From a virus: a stretch of 64,000 nt of DNA. Shown one piece after another: positions 1 through 9,637 of this stretch (positions within the stretch are counted from its first letter, which is position 1; the number at the start of each line of letters is the position of its first letter). The stretch covers positions 1-64,000 of the IMG/VR virus record IMGVR_UViG_3300020446_000006; one strand, written 5' to 3'. The notes under the pieces are model-generated. The model searched no databases. It saw nothing but the letters and a program-made list of their open reading frames with translations, and had not been told where the DNA came from. The position numbers and the translations under genes are program-made.

Positions 1-2
1 GC

Positions 3-641
3 ATTTGCTCTATAATAAAATTCTTCTGAATCTGCTTGAGTAATTAGGAACTTACCTTCAGCGGTTCTAAAATCTAGTCCGGCAACGTCAATCGGTGTAC
101 CTACGACAAGATTGTGCTGATCGTTAGTCGTAACTTTAATTAAGTCTGAACCATTAACAGCTTCAATCTTTACGACATTGTTAAGTGCTGTGTCGCCGTC
201 AGCGACGTAAAATGATGGTACGTTATTTGAAAGTTCGAGTGTTTCCCATTTTGTTGGCTGCAAACCATATTCAAAGTCAGTATCGATTAGATTTTCAGGA
301 GTTGATACACGAATCTTATGTACGGGGTCGAGAAGCGCATCTGACACTTCCATTTCGTTTTCAGGATGATCTACAATAATTTGTAACTTAGAACTATCGT
401 TTAACCCTAATGCGGATAAATCTTGCTCTAATGTAATGGTTGTATGTTCTGTTTGCTGATTAAATGTGACTTCTTTATATCCTCTAGCGACATCAGCAAA
501 ATTAAAGAGTATAGTTCCTCCAGTTACGGGGTCAGCATGTGTAATTAATTGAAATTGTTCACCACGATAAAAACCTTTTATAGTAACCTTATCGCTATCT
601 ACATTCAATGAGTAATTTGTTGCGAGTAATTTTTTTGCCAT
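3..641 (-). CDS. Conserved virion structural protein of marine T4-like phages (runs off window edge; not in ORF track)
   Basis: Hand translation from ATG at 641: MAKKLLATNYSLNVDSDK...DPVHKIRVSTPENLIDTDFEYGLQPTKWE...; open to position 3. I recognise the LIDTDFEYGLQxTKWE motif from marine T4-like structural proteins. Confidence 0.7.
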   Translation of the reverse strand, partial: MAKKLLATNYSLNVDSDKVTIKGFYRGEQFQLITHADPVTGGTILFNFADVARGYKEVTFNQQTEHTTITLEQDLSALGLNDSSKLQIIVDHPENEMEVSDALLDPVHKIRVSTPENLIDTDFEYGLQPTKWETLELSNNVPSFYVADGDTALNNVVKIEAVNGSDLIKVTTNDQHNLVVGTPIDVAGLDFRTAEGKFLITQADSEEFYYRAN

Positions 642-645
642 GTTT

Positions 646-927
646 TTATCCTAATGCAATTGCGAATGCTATAGCGTTTGCTTGTGATACGCCACCACCC
701 CCACCGCCTGATAGGTTAGGTATACTAATTGTTTCACCTTGCGCACTTAAATTTTGTAAAGAAGCAAGACCAGTTACTTCAAGCTGCCCTTCAATATCCA
801 CATCGCCATCGACGTGTGCATTATTTGACATATGAATATCTCTAAATTTGAAAGCAGTATGACCAAGGTCAGCATTTGTGTGACCGGGAATTAATCCATC
901 TTCTACTCTGAACGCTGCTTTAGCCAT
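646..927 (-). CDS. Small virion or fibre-associated protein with poly-Gly linker and C-terminal AIAFAIALG
   Basis: 93 aa ORF with RBS (GGAG) and a late promoter just upstream; C-terminal AIAxAIALG is typical of small marine phage structural proteins. Confidence 0.6.
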   Translation of the reverse strand: MAKAAFRVEDGLIPGHTNADLGHTAFKFRDIHMSNNAHVDGDVDIEGQLEVTGLASLQNLSAQGETISIPNLSGGGGGGVSQANAIAFAIALG

Positions 928-946
928 GTGAACTCCTATTTAACCT

Positions 947-954
947 TATTTATA
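947..954 (-). promoter_or_regulatory. T4-type late promoter TATAAATA
   Basis: TATTTATA on + strand, about 20 nt upstream of the 927 start. Confidence 0.75.
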
Positions 955-1444
955 TCGTTTCGAGGGTGATTCTTTCTACACCAAATTTCATACCGGCAAA
1001 CCCTTGAGGATCGGCTTTTAAAGATATCGTACCACTGTTATACTCTGCATCATAAGTTACGATTGTACTAGCACCATGCAAAAGTGTTGCATAAGAAGTT
1101 AAGGTTGCAGTCGAATCATCATGTGATACTAATATCTCTTGTGTTTGATGCTGACTGTCGCCTGAAGTTTGTGCAGATACAATATACTTCGCTGTACGAA
1201 TAGATGCACCACTAAATGTATCAATGGTTGTTTCTGCAGAATCAGCAATTGTTTGTGTTCTTCTTCTGATATCTCCTCTTGCCTGAATATAATTTGAATC
1301 AATTGTCGAGAGATCTTGTCTTGCTCGAATGTAGGCAGAATCAATATGATCAGTGTTAGCAGGCGGTGCTAGTCCTGCTTTAATATCTACAGTGTCACCG
1401 TCTCGAGTCAGTATGCTTGCAAATAATCTAGCTTTTGATGGCAT
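950..1444 (-). CDS. Tail-fibre-associated structural protein
   Basis: Two DSxYIxAR motifs, then an IDTF...RTAKYIV...QEILVSHD...YATL domain common in marine T4-like fibre proteins. Confidence 0.6.
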   Translation of the reverse strand: MPSKARLFASILTRDGDTVDIKAGLAPPANTDHIDSAYIRARQDLSTIDSNYIQARGDIRRRTQTIADSAETTIDTFSGASIRTAKYIVSAQTSGDSQHQTQEILVSHDDSTATLTSYATLLHGASTIVTYDAEYNSGTISLKADPQGFAGMKFGVERITLETI

Positions 1445-1454
1445 GGTTATGTCC

Positions 1455-2024
1455 TTAACTTAGTGTTGTACCGGTAACGCTAAATGTATCGGCAATTGAT
1501 CCTGTATTCGCATTGACCGTTTTCAATTCAAAGTAACTAAATCTAAATGTTGCAGTAAATGTAATAAATTCAGTTCCAGCCGCAGTAGATTCAAATTGTA
1601 TATCTCCGAGAGATGTTGGTATAGCATCAATATATCTGAATTGATTTGTTAAATTATTATGACTTGATAATATTGAAAGAGTAATATCTGCATTTGTTGG
1701 TGGATTACGAGTCGTACCACGATTCATAAACCCTTGACCTTCCATATCTGTAACTTGATTTCTTCTTAACCAGTTATACATTTCAGAATAACTTTCCATA
1801 TTCTCATCAAGAAGAATATTACATGAAAGCTCATTGATTGTAAGTGATTCTCCTGGAAAAGGTATTGACTGCAAACGTCTTACAGGCATTTCTGCTGCTG
1901 GCATGATGAGCCCGGGATGTGTAACATTTTGACAAAAGAACTCAAGGTTAGGAAAGTTCTTTCGATCAATAATCAGTTTAAAACTGGTAGGCTGTAAATA
2001 ATTAAAGTTAGTTGTAAGACTCAT
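1455..2024 (-). CDS. gp3: Tail completion / sheath stabiliser (T4 gp3-like)
   Basis: NYLQPTSFKL...FPNLEFFCQ...ILLDENMESYSEMYNWL...DAIPTSLG...FTATFRFSYF; position downstream of gp23. Confidence 0.85.
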   Translation of the reverse strand: MSLTTNFNYLQPTSFKLIIDRKNFPNLEFFCQNVTHPGLIMPAAEMPVRRLQSIPFPGESLTINELSCNILLDENMESYSEMYNWLRRNQVTDMEGQGFMNRGTTRNPPTNADITLSILSSHNNLTNQFRYIDAIPTSLGDIQFESTAAGTEFITFTATFRFSYFELKTVNANTGSIADTFSVTGTTLS

Positions 2025-2032
2025 TTTATTTC

Positions 2033-4207
2033 CTAAGCTGAATCAAATTCGATCATACCATTAAATTGATAGTGTGGGCTGGCATAAAATCTTGTTTCAG
2101 ATGAGAAGGCATGTGTTCCATGAGATACGTAACCTATGGCTCTATGACGGCCGTAACCATACACGTTTACACCGGACCCATGTCTCCAATTTTTGGCAGT
2201 ATATTCAGCATTATCTGAGTCTTTAGTGTATACGACTAGATTGCCATAGTCATCTCCGAAGCCACCATCGGGCCCAATTTGTCCACGGCCAGCGCTTACC
2301 AATATGGTGTTACCACTAGGACTCATGCCAACGGCTCCTCCATAATACCATGCATAGTTATAAGCTCCGTTTCCATAATCGGCATTCCATTGAACACCAT
2401 TAAACCCTGCTACACCATGACAATCCTGTGGTACAAGAACTTGTGTTATACTCCAAGTATCTCCTGTTCGTTCCATAACAAAAGCCGCACCTAGACTGTA
2501 ATTACTTCCGGACCCTCTGCCATATGTATATCCAGCTCCTGCCACTACTTTTGTGCCAGCATCATTCATTGCAAGACAATGACCTAAATTAATTCCATTT
2601 ACAGCAGATGCATCAATGTAAGGAACAACAGTTGATCCATCATTATATTTTGCGCCACTCCATACACCTGGATCAACTTCTATGTTACCTATATTGGACC
2701 AAGTAAAGTCATTTGCACTATCTCGTTTATAAAAAGAAACACCACCCATTGCCTGGCTTGACCAAGAACCGGTACCTTTTCTGTTCGGTTCACCAACTGC
2801 TAGAGTTAAGGCATCTCTTGACATATCCAAAGAGGTGCCAAAATAATTATTACTTTGAGAGACAGGACTTGTAATAAGTTGTCTGTGTGTTATAGCATTT
2901 GCTTCTGTTATTTTTTTAGTTTTATCTCTTGTTACAAATTCAACCGCACCTGCTCCACTCACACCATTATCCGCATACTTATTTGACCATACAATAAAGG
3001 TAGCAGAATCATTACATGCAACTTGAGTTGCATATGTATCCCCATGCATCTGTGAGGTGTAGTAATTTGTAAGTCTGCCTCTATATTGGCTAGTAGTGGT
3101 ATGTGATCCACTTCCTGAATTATAGGTATAAGATGGAAGCTCAATATCGCTATCAGATTGTTCAAAAATTAGAGGTCCGAGACTATACCCTATAGTTCCT
3201 CCAGCATTTTGTTGGGTGTCACTATTTGTGCCACCAATAAACATATAGTAATTGCCCGGTCCTCCACCACAAGCACCACCGGCACTTAAATGCTGGTGTG
3301 TATTTCCATGATATGTACTACCATAATCACCGTCAAGACTTGTATTGAACTCTTGTTTTGGATCAACGTAACTAGCGGATGATACAGTTCCTATAACACC
3401 ATGCTCATTTCTCTTCAACATGGAAAATCCACTAGACCAGTAGCTAGAGCTTCCACTGTAGTACTCATATGCACTTCCAAAAATACCTATACCGTTTGTT
3501 CTGTCAAAATAAGTATCAAGACCCGCAGTGTACGCATATGTCAGTCCTGCAGTTCCCATGTTTCTTTCACTTACACTGTCATAAGCAGTGACAGGTGTTC
3601 CATATTGCAGCTTAAAAGTAACGGCATTAGATACAGTAGTCGCACCATCATTTACACTAAATGTGACAACACCCGTTTCAGTGGTTGCATTCGCTTCTGA
3701 TTTAGGCGTGATTGTAAATATAGACGAGTCTTGTGTTATGGTTGCCATACCATCAAAGTTTGTATCCTTACTAAAACTAAAAGTAAGTACAGCAGCCGAA
3801 TCGGCATCAGTGGCTGTAAGCCTTACCTCAGTCGTTGCTCCATTTTTGGACAACGATACAATACCTTCTGGACTTACAGATAAAGATGGAGACTGATTTT
3901 GTGGAGTAACAGGAAACCAGCCTGTACCAACTGAATAGTACAACTTATTATTCTGTTCAACATAACCAAGACTTCCCTCATTTGATGCGGCTGATGTAGG
4001 TAAATCTGATAAGAGAGTGTATGATGTTACACCACCTCCACCTCCTCCACCTGCACGTGCAGAAACATAGTCTGAATCTATAAGAGCAAGTACCGCAGCA
4101 GAATCTGTGCCACCTAAAGTTTCTACAGTAGAAGAATCGTAAAAGTTCGCTTCAATTTTAAGACCAGCTGCACCTAAGAGACTTGCGATATTTCTATTCT
4201 TGCTCAT
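2033..4207 (-). CDS. Virion protein with Ig/cadherin-like module and FG-GAP-like beta-propeller (paralogue 1)
   Basis: FGTSLDMSRDALTLAVGEP, LGHCLAMNDAGTKVVAGA and YGGAVGMSPSGNTILVSA blade repeats; N-terminal module shared with 16766-18889 and 18916-20817. Confidence 0.7.
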   Translation of the reverse strand: MSKNRNIASLLGAAGLKIEANFYDSSTVETLGGTDSAAVLALIDSDYVSARAGGGGGGGVTSYTLLSDLPTSAASNEGSLGYVEQNNKLYYSVGTGWFPVTPQNQSPSLSVSPEGIVSLSKNGATTEVRLTATDADSAAVLTFSFSKDTNFDGMATITQDSSIFTITPKSEANATTETGVVTFSVNDGATTVSNAVTFKLQYGTPVTAYDSVSERNMGTAGLTYAYTAGLDTYFDRTNGIGIFGSAYEYYSGSSSYWSSGFSMLKRNEHGVIGTVSSASYVDPKQEFNTSLDGDYGSTYHGNTHQHLSAGGACGGGPGNYYMFIGGTNSDTQQNAGGTIGYSLGPLIFEQSDSDIELPSYTYNSGSGSHTTTSQYRGRLTNYYTSQMHGDTYATQVACNDSATFIVWSNKYADNGVSGAGAVEFVTRDKTKKITEANAITHRQLITSPVSQSNNYFGTSLDMSRDALTLAVGEPNRKGTGSWSSQAMGGVSFYKRDSANDFTWSNIGNIEVDPGVWSGAKYNDGSTVVPYIDASAVNGINLGHCLAMNDAGTKVVAGAGYTYGRGSGSNYSLGAAFVMERTGDTWSITQVLVPQDCHGVAGFNGVQWNADYGNGAYNYAWYYGGAVGMSPSGNTILVSAGRGQIGPDGGFGDDYGNLVVYTKDSDNAEYTAKNWRHGSGVNVYGYGRHRAIGYVSHGTHAFSSETRFYASPHYQFNGMIEFDSA

Positions 4208-4236
4208 ATAACATTTCCTTCAAAAATACTTTACTC

Positions 4237-4244
4237 TATTTATA
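4237..4244 (-). promoter_or_regulatory. T4-type late promoter TATAAATA
   Basis: TATTTATA on +, downstream of the gp23 terminator and upstream of the 4207 start. Confidence 0.8.
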
Positions 4245-4257
4245 CAAAAATGGTGTT

Positions 4258-4284
4258 AAAAAAAGAGGCAGCCGAAGCTGCCTC
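4258..4284 (-). terminator. Rho-independent terminator after gp23
   Basis: Minus strand GAGGCAGC-TTCG-GCTGCCTC followed by T7; C(UUCG)G tetraloop typical of T4-like terminators. Confidence 0.9.
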
Positions 4285-4305
4285 CTCTTTTCAAGAAGTA
4301 TTATC

Positions 4306-5646
4306 TTATGCGCCGAGGATGTTATCCACGCGGAAGATACGGTAGTACTGGTTTGTCTTAGACGCAGCCAGACCATCACGACCGGACATATTACCTGTAT
4401 CGACGAATGGGTTTGAAACCATGCCGTAACGGGTTTTAAATCCAATCTTTGGCTGGAATGTGTCTTCACCAACCGCACGAACCATTGTTAATGGTACGTA
4501 TGGACAGTAGAACAATCCGGCATCGTATGGGTTTGTACCCTTATAGCCAACGTTAATGAAGTCTTGTGTGGCATATGGGTCGATGTACACACGCATGCGA
4601 CCATTCAGTACACCTGCGAAGGTGTTTCCTGTGTCGTCTACGTTTAGTGTTGTTGTCATTGCAGGTGCGTAGTCCAACATGCCTGAAGCTGCGAGAGCAG
4701 AAGCTACGTCTGATGAACAGACGATAAAGTTACCTTTACCTCTCCGTGTCTCTTTAGCAATTGCATTGGCTTCACGCTCGATCTGCATGATCAGACCTTT
4801 GAACTTCTCAACTGACCAACGACCATCGGCATCTGTCTGTACGTCGAAGATACCATTGATTGCTGTGTTAGTTGTGTTTGCACCAGTCTTAGCTTGTGAG
4901 TTGATTGTACGTACAACTTCACGGTTGATTTCAGCCATGATTTCTGTTGACAGAATGTTTGCAAGCTCTGTCTCAGCATCCAGACCATGAATTGCTTTCA
5001 GGTCTTGTGCCAGTTCCAGAGTGTATTCTGCTTTCAGTGCACGTGACTTGGCAGTCACAGTTGCTTTTTCAATGGTGAAGCCCATTTCAGCAAAGTCAGA
5101 TGCACCTGTTGAACCAAGTGCTTCAGCTTTTGCTGTAGCCATACCACCACCGAAGTCAGGACCTTGACGCTCGTTATCGATGCTTGAGTCATTATTTGCA
5201 TCTACCTTATCGCCAAGACCAGAAGCGTCTGAGTCTTGTGTTCCGGCTGAATCACCTGCATAGCCTGTGATTGCTTCGCCGAATAGAGCTTCGTTGCCTG
5301 CAGTTGCACCTGCACGAGTTGTCTCGTACTGTGACTTCATGGCAAAGATCAAACCTGTTGGACCAGACATTGGCTGAACGCCACAAATATCATAAGCCAT
5401 CAAGTTTGGCATTGCACGACGGACAAGAGCGATAAGAACTGGGTTCCAGTTCGCTACGTCCGCAGTTGAGTTTGCTGGGACCGCTTCATGAAGCTGAGCA
5501 GACTGCTCTTTCATTTCGCGTTCCTGGTTTTCCAGAACAGCTGCTGTTACAGCTTTCCGGTGCTGATCTTGAATAGTGCCTGCTGACTCTTCGTTCAGTA
5601 CAGGTGCCCACTTTTCAATCAGCTGATCGTAAGATACGGTATTCAT
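4306..5646 (-). CDS. gp23: Major capsid protein
   Basis: LVRRAMPNLMAYDICGVQPMSGPTGLIFAM, TAKSRALKAEYTLELAQDLKAIHGLDAE, FYCPYVPL, FQPKIGFKTRYG. Confidence 0.98.
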   Translation of the reverse strand: MNTVSYDQLIEKWAPVLNEESAGTIQDQHRKAVTAAVLENQEREMKEQSAQLHEAVPANSTADVANWNPVLIALVRRAMPNLMAYDICGVQPMSGPTGLIFAMKSQYETTRAGATAGNEALFGEAITGYAGDSAGTQDSDASGLGDKVDANNDSSIDNERQGPDFGGGMATAKAEALGSTGASDFAEMGFTIEKATVTAKSRALKAEYTLELAQDLKAIHGLDAETELANILSTEIMAEINREVVRTINSQAKTGANTTNTAINGIFDVQTDADGRWSVEKFKGLIMQIEREANAIAKETRRGKGNFIVCSSDVASALAASGMLDYAPAMTTTLNVDDTGNTFAGVLNGRMRVYIDPYATQDFINVGYKGTNPYDAGLFYCPYVPLTMVRAVGEDTFQPKIGFKTRYGMVSNPFVDTGNMSGRDGLAASKTNQYYRIFRVDNILGA

Positions 5647-5660
5647 TATTGGACTCCCAA

Positions 5661-6728
5661 TTATTTGTTAGTGCGTTTAATCGCGTTAAGGTACTGAGCC
5701 ATAGAATCAGAAGCTTCGATCACGGCTTCACCGTCATCTGATTCTTCTTCAATGTCAGCAGACTCAGTTGCTTTCTTTGTGAAGTATGATTCTTTGATTG
5801 TGGAAACTTTTTCTGCAAATGTTTCTTCATCTTCAAAATCAATATCTTCGGCAAGTTTTTTCAGCTTTTCTACCTGAGTTTCAGCAAGACCTTCTGCTGC
5901 TTCACGAATAATCGCATCGCGCTTCAGCACTTCTAATTCTTCCTGCATTTCAAGTGACTTAGCAATTGCAGTGTTATGAGCTGTTTCCAGTTCTTCAACT
6001 TCTGCGGCTAGTTCATCGACTAAGTCGACTTTAGACTCAGGTACTTCGATGTATGACTCTGTAAACAGATCTTTCAGTGAAGTCATAAACTTCTCTGCAA
6101 TTTCTGTACGTAAGCCAGTTTCGATAGCAACTTTGTTGTCTTCCATCCACTGCTCAACTACGTAGTTAAGGTAATTGTCGACCTTTTCAACGAGATCTGC
6201 TTTTGTAGATTCAACTTCTTCAGCGAGCTCTTCGTTGTATTTTGTTTCGAGACGATCAATCTCTTCAGACAGCTTTGACTTAATTGCTGCTTCAAAGATT
6301 GTTTCTGCTTTCTGCTTGAACTCATCAGACAGTGTAGCTTCCTCATTGATCAACGCATTGAGATCTTCTGAGAAATCTGCTTGATAGTCAAACTCTTCTC
6401 CTTCAGCAATTGCTTCACCGTCGAAAGTATCTGCATCTGTACTCTGCATTAGAGTTGATAGAACGCCAGATAGTTTTTCTTTCGGCATACCCTGCATTGC
6501 GCCAACGGCAGCTGACATCATACCAGCTTTTGTCTTTGGCATTGGGTCTTGCTTAGTGTTGTCACCCTTACGAGCCGGAGCTTTCTTGGTGGCTTCACCT
6601 GCGGTGTCGGTAGCTTTTACTGACTGAGCTTCTGCATTTTTCGGATCGTGTGCTTCTTCCACAACTTCGTCTGTTACTTCGTCATGGAGTTCGACATCCT
6701 GATCTTCAATTTGATTTTCATCAGTCAT
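5661..6728 (-). CDS. gp22: Prohead core scaffold protein
   Basis: Acidic coiled coil; LSDEFKQKAETIFEAA, KVDNYLNYVVEQWM; lies between gp21 and gp23. Confidence 0.93.
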   Translation of the reverse strand: MTDENQIEDQDVELHDEVTDEVVEEAHDPKNAEAQSVKATDTAGEATKKAPARKGDNTKQDPMPKTKAGMMSAAVGAMQGMPKEKLSGVLSTLMQSTDADTFDGEAIAEGEEFDYQADFSEDLNALINEEATLSDEFKQKAETIFEAAIKSKLSEEIDRLETKYNEELAEEVESTKADLVEKVDNYLNYVVEQWMEDNKVAIETGLRTEIAEKFMTSLKDLFTESYIEVPESKVDLVDELAAEVEELETAHNTAIAKSLEMQEELEVLKRDAIIREAAEGLAETQVEKLKKLAEDIDFEDEETFAEKVSTIKESYFTKKATESADIEEESDDGEAVIEASDSMAQYLNAIKRTNK

Positions 6729-6737
6729 AATTGACTC

Positions 6738-7397
6738 CTACATGTTAGATTTGAGTAACGAGAGGAAATTCTTAAACTCACGAACCTGTGTCTCATAGAG
6801 GTCGGTACGTGGAGCTTTCTTAATTTCAGTCTCCATTTGTTCAATATGTTTAGCTTCAATGATGCCGTTGTTCCATACCCACTCTACACCTTCCATAACC
6901 CCATTAACAAAAGCTGAGGGTGCAGATGGATCTTGTACGATGTCAACTGCGTTCAGGAGAAAATCATCCTTCACATACATCGCGTCACCACGTCTTTCTA
7001 AACTGCCCATACCACGAGTCGAGACGCCTAATCGAACGCCGCCATCGAGAAGACCTTTTACAATCTGTCCCATAGGAGTTTCCAATATAGTCGCCTTACC
7101 CACAACATCGTTACCTTTAAAATCTAGGCGTTCGATCTTGTGAGAAACTTTGTCTAAATTAACAGTCGGTCCTTCAGGGTGATTTAATTCACCAACAGCC
7201 CGTCCTTTGGACACTTGCTCTGTATTGTATTTGTTTAGAGCACTTTCCATGACTTCTTTCGGATATATACGACCGTTACGATTCTTTGCTTCTGCTTGCA
7301 TGAAGATACCTTCGATGGCATACTTCTTATTGCCCTTCTCGTCAGCCTCTGTTAAGACTTCAAGATTGTTCTCGGTATATTCTGCAATCAGTTTCAT
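6738..7397 (-). CDS. gp21: Prohead protease
   Basis: IEGIFMQAEAKNRNGRIYP, GELNHPEGP, GVSTRGMGS, DIVQDPSAP. Confidence 0.96.
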   Translation of the reverse strand: MKLIAEYTENNLEVLTEADEKGNKKYAIEGIFMQAEAKNRNGRIYPKEVMESALNKYNTEQVSKGRAVGELNHPEGPTVNLDKVSHKIERLDFKGNDVVGKATILETPMGQIVKGLLDGGVRLGVSTRGMGSLERRGDAMYVKDDFLLNAVDIVQDPSAPSAFVNGVMEGVEWVWNNGIIEAKHIEQMETEIKKAPRTDLYETQVREFKNFLSLLKSNM

Positions 7398-7606
7398 TTC
7401 TTTAATACCTTTATAAATTCGGTAGCGGCTTTTTCAGCCTCTGCCTTTGACTTATAAGCGTCTAAACGATCACCATCTATATAGGCCACAAACATAAGGC
7501 GGTCTTTATAAATCATGATCTGGATCCGACCTATCTTTTTGTTTAGAACAAGCTGTCCTGCGGGTCTTCTTCCAGTTAGTTCTCTTAATTGATCAAAGGT
7601 TTTCAT
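7394..7606 (-). CDS. Small basic protein in prohead-core region (gp68 position)
   Basis: 70 aa MKTFDQLRE...; coupled to gp21 by ATGA-type overlap; has its own late promoter. Confidence 0.6.
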   Translation of the reverse strand: MKTFDQLRELTGRRPAGQLVLNKKIGRIQIMIYKDRLMFVAYIDGDRLDAYKSKAEAEKAATEFIKVLKK

Positions 7607-7616
7607 TTGTTACCTT

Positions 7617-7624
7617 TATTTATA
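7617..7624 (-). promoter_or_regulatory. T4-type late promoter TATAAATA
   Basis: TATTTATA on +, upstream of the 7606 start. Confidence 0.8.
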
Positions 7625-7640
7625 CTTAAGTTACTTTCCA

Positions 7641-8021
7641 CTAAGACTCATTTTCGTCTTCTTCGTCTTCTTCATATTCTTCGATATCATCATCTAGATC
7701 TTCTTCATAATCAAATGCTTCCTCTTCTTCTTCATCGTCGGACTCAAGTTCTTCCTCTTCAGCCTCTCCTCCCGATTCAGACTCATCTTCTCCTTCAAGG
7801 TCAAGGTCGAGCTGCTCAGCACCATCCTCATCCCCCATGACGTCATCTTCATCTCCCATGGCATCTTCGACTCCATTATAAATTTGATCTGCTAATCTTA
7901 TTTTTTCTTGATCAAGAACGTCAGTCATCTTTACAGACATAATATCCATAAAAGTCTTATTCGCATCATTATAATCTTGACCAATAGCGTTATTGATCAG
8001 ATCTTTTACTGCTTCACTCAT
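7641..8021 (-). CDS. gp67: Acidic prohead core protein (gp67-like)
   Basis: Helical N-terminus plus extremely D/E-rich tail; directly after the portal gene. Confidence 0.65.
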   Translation of the reverse strand: MSEAVKDLINNAIGQDYNDANKTFMDIMSVKMTDVLDQEKIRLADQIYNGVEDAMGDEDDVMGDEDGAEQLDLDLEGEDESESGGEAEEEELESDDEEEEEAFDYEEDLDDDIEEYEEDEEDENES

Positions 8022-9577
8022 TGTTCATCTCCTGCTACAGGTTTAAGTTCAAAGCGTTGTGCTGATGGAGGTGTATCCTGTTGTTCTTCGTCAGGTTCTT
8101 CTTCACCTTCACCAGCAATATCTTTTTTCATTTGTTCAATAGTTTCGTCATCAAGCATAAGTACATTTTTCTGTACCCATTCTTTTGAGAAATATTCGCC
8201 TACGTATTGCTGTATCATATCCATAGACTGTAGTCTTTCACGAAGCATTTCTGCATCACGAAGTTCTGCAAAATGGTTGTCTTTTACATAGTCAACCGTA
8301 ATATCATTTTTCCACTCTTCCCAATCTTCTTCAGTAATAACACCCTTCATGATTAGTTGCTTCTTAAGGATGCCATAGAAGAGATGTGAGAATCTCATAC
8401 GAAGTCTGTCAATAAACTTCTGGAATTTAAGTTCATCACGATTGACTTCAGTAGATCTACCTAAGAAACCTTGTACGGCTTCTGTATCCATACGAGAGAT
8501 CGGTACGTTTAATGACCGATACATTCTCTTTTGAAAATATACAATGTCTTCGATTTGACCAAGGTTCTCGCCACCAGGTAAAGTAGTAATCTCTGTTCCT
8601 CTACCACCCTCTCTACGCGGCAGCCAAAAATCTTCGAGCAACGATTGATGTTTACGATCGTCTCGTATCTCACCAGTCTTGGCATCGTATACAAGTTTGT
8701 TACGATACTTTGCCATAATGTCTTTCATATATTGTTCTGACTTGCCGCGAGGTAAGTTGCCAACATCAATATAAAAGATACGACGCTCAGGTGCACGCGC
8801 CAAACGATAGATGACAAGCGCATCTTCCATCATGCGAAGTTGATTAATTGGTTTCAGTGCTTTATGAATGTGTGATACAATTTTTTTACGATCTTCTGTA
8901 AGAAGACCTGATGTAACATAGGAAACAGAATCGTTTGTCATCTTAATACCAGAAGTTGACTGTCCTGGTTTTTCTTGATAGATAAAGAACTCATCTGTTT
9001 TTTCTACGATTTTAGCTCCAGTAATCGGATCTTTCTTGTATTTTACTTTCTTGACCTTACGCATCTTTGCAGAGTCCATAGGACGAATCTCTTGAATGCC
9101 ATCTTTCGGTCTGTCTTCGTTTACTACAAGATGATGATATAAACGACCGTCAATATACCAACGTCGGAAGATATCATGGCCTAGTTCTTTAAAGTTCAAC
9201 ATACCATAAATGTTATCGAACTCTTCTTTAATTAATTTTTTGACTCGGTCTGGTGCTTTAACTTCGTCAAGATTCAGTTCGAGTGTTTGACTCATCTCAC
9301 TACCGGTAATTGATTCATTAACAATGTCTTCGATTGCAGCATCAACTTCAGGATGCATTGCATTACCACGATATTTCATAATCAATTGATAATTATCTTT
9401 TGAATCGTCACCGTCTAGATTCAGATATTGTCCATAATGTGTACCAGCAGCAGTTGCATAACTACCGCCTTCGTCGTCACGTGGCGGAACGACAGATGGA
9501 AGCTTTTTGTCTTCAGCATCTTTTCTGGCTCTTTTAATTTCAAAGCCAAATAGTTTTAAACCATCATTTTCTGCCAT
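8018..9577 (-). CDS. gp20: Portal protein
   Basis: HPEVDAAIEDIVNE, RRWYIDGR, NQLRMMEDALVIYRLARAPERRIFYIDVGNLP, EDFWLPRREGGRGTEITTLPGG. Confidence 0.98.
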   Translation of the reverse strand: MAENDGLKLFGFEIKRARKDAEDKKLPSVVPPRDDEGGSYATAAGTHYGQYLNLDGDDSKDNYQLIMKYRGNAMHPEVDAAIEDIVNESITGSEMSQTLELNLDEVKAPDRVKKLIKEEFDNIYGMLNFKELGHDIFRRWYIDGRLYHHLVVNEDRPKDGIQEIRPMDSAKMRKVKKVKYKKDPITGAKIVEKTDEFFIYQEKPGQSTSGIKMTNDSVSYVTSGLLTEDRKKIVSHIHKALKPINQLRMMEDALVIYRLARAPERRIFYIDVGNLPRGKSEQYMKDIMAKYRNKLVYDAKTGEIRDDRKHQSLLEDFWLPRREGGRGTEITTLPGGENLGQIEDIVYFQKRMYRSLNVPISRMDTEAVQGFLGRSTEVNRDELKFQKFIDRLRMRFSHLFYGILKKQLIMKGVITEEDWEEWKNDITVDYVKDNHFAELRDAEMLRERLQSMDMIQQYVGEYFSKEWVQKNVLMLDDETIEQMKKDIAGEGEEEPDEEQQDTPPSAQRFELKPVAGDEQ

Positions 9578-9597
9578 ATTGTTATCCTAGCTAGAGA

Positions 9598-9627
9598 AAG
9601 CTAGCCGAAGAGATTTCCGGCTAGCTT
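9598..9627 (-). terminator. Hairpin, probable terminator after gp19
   Basis: 10-bp stem AAGCTAGCCG / CGGCTAGCTT with a 10-nt loop and a pyrimidine-rich tail on the minus strand. Confidence 0.6.
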
Positions 9628-9629
9628 AC

Positions 9630-9637
9630 TATTTATT
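9630..9637 (-). promoter_or_regulatory. Late promoter variant AATAAATA upstream of gp20
   Basis: TATTTATT on +, overlapping the gp19 stop codon. Confidence 0.6.
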
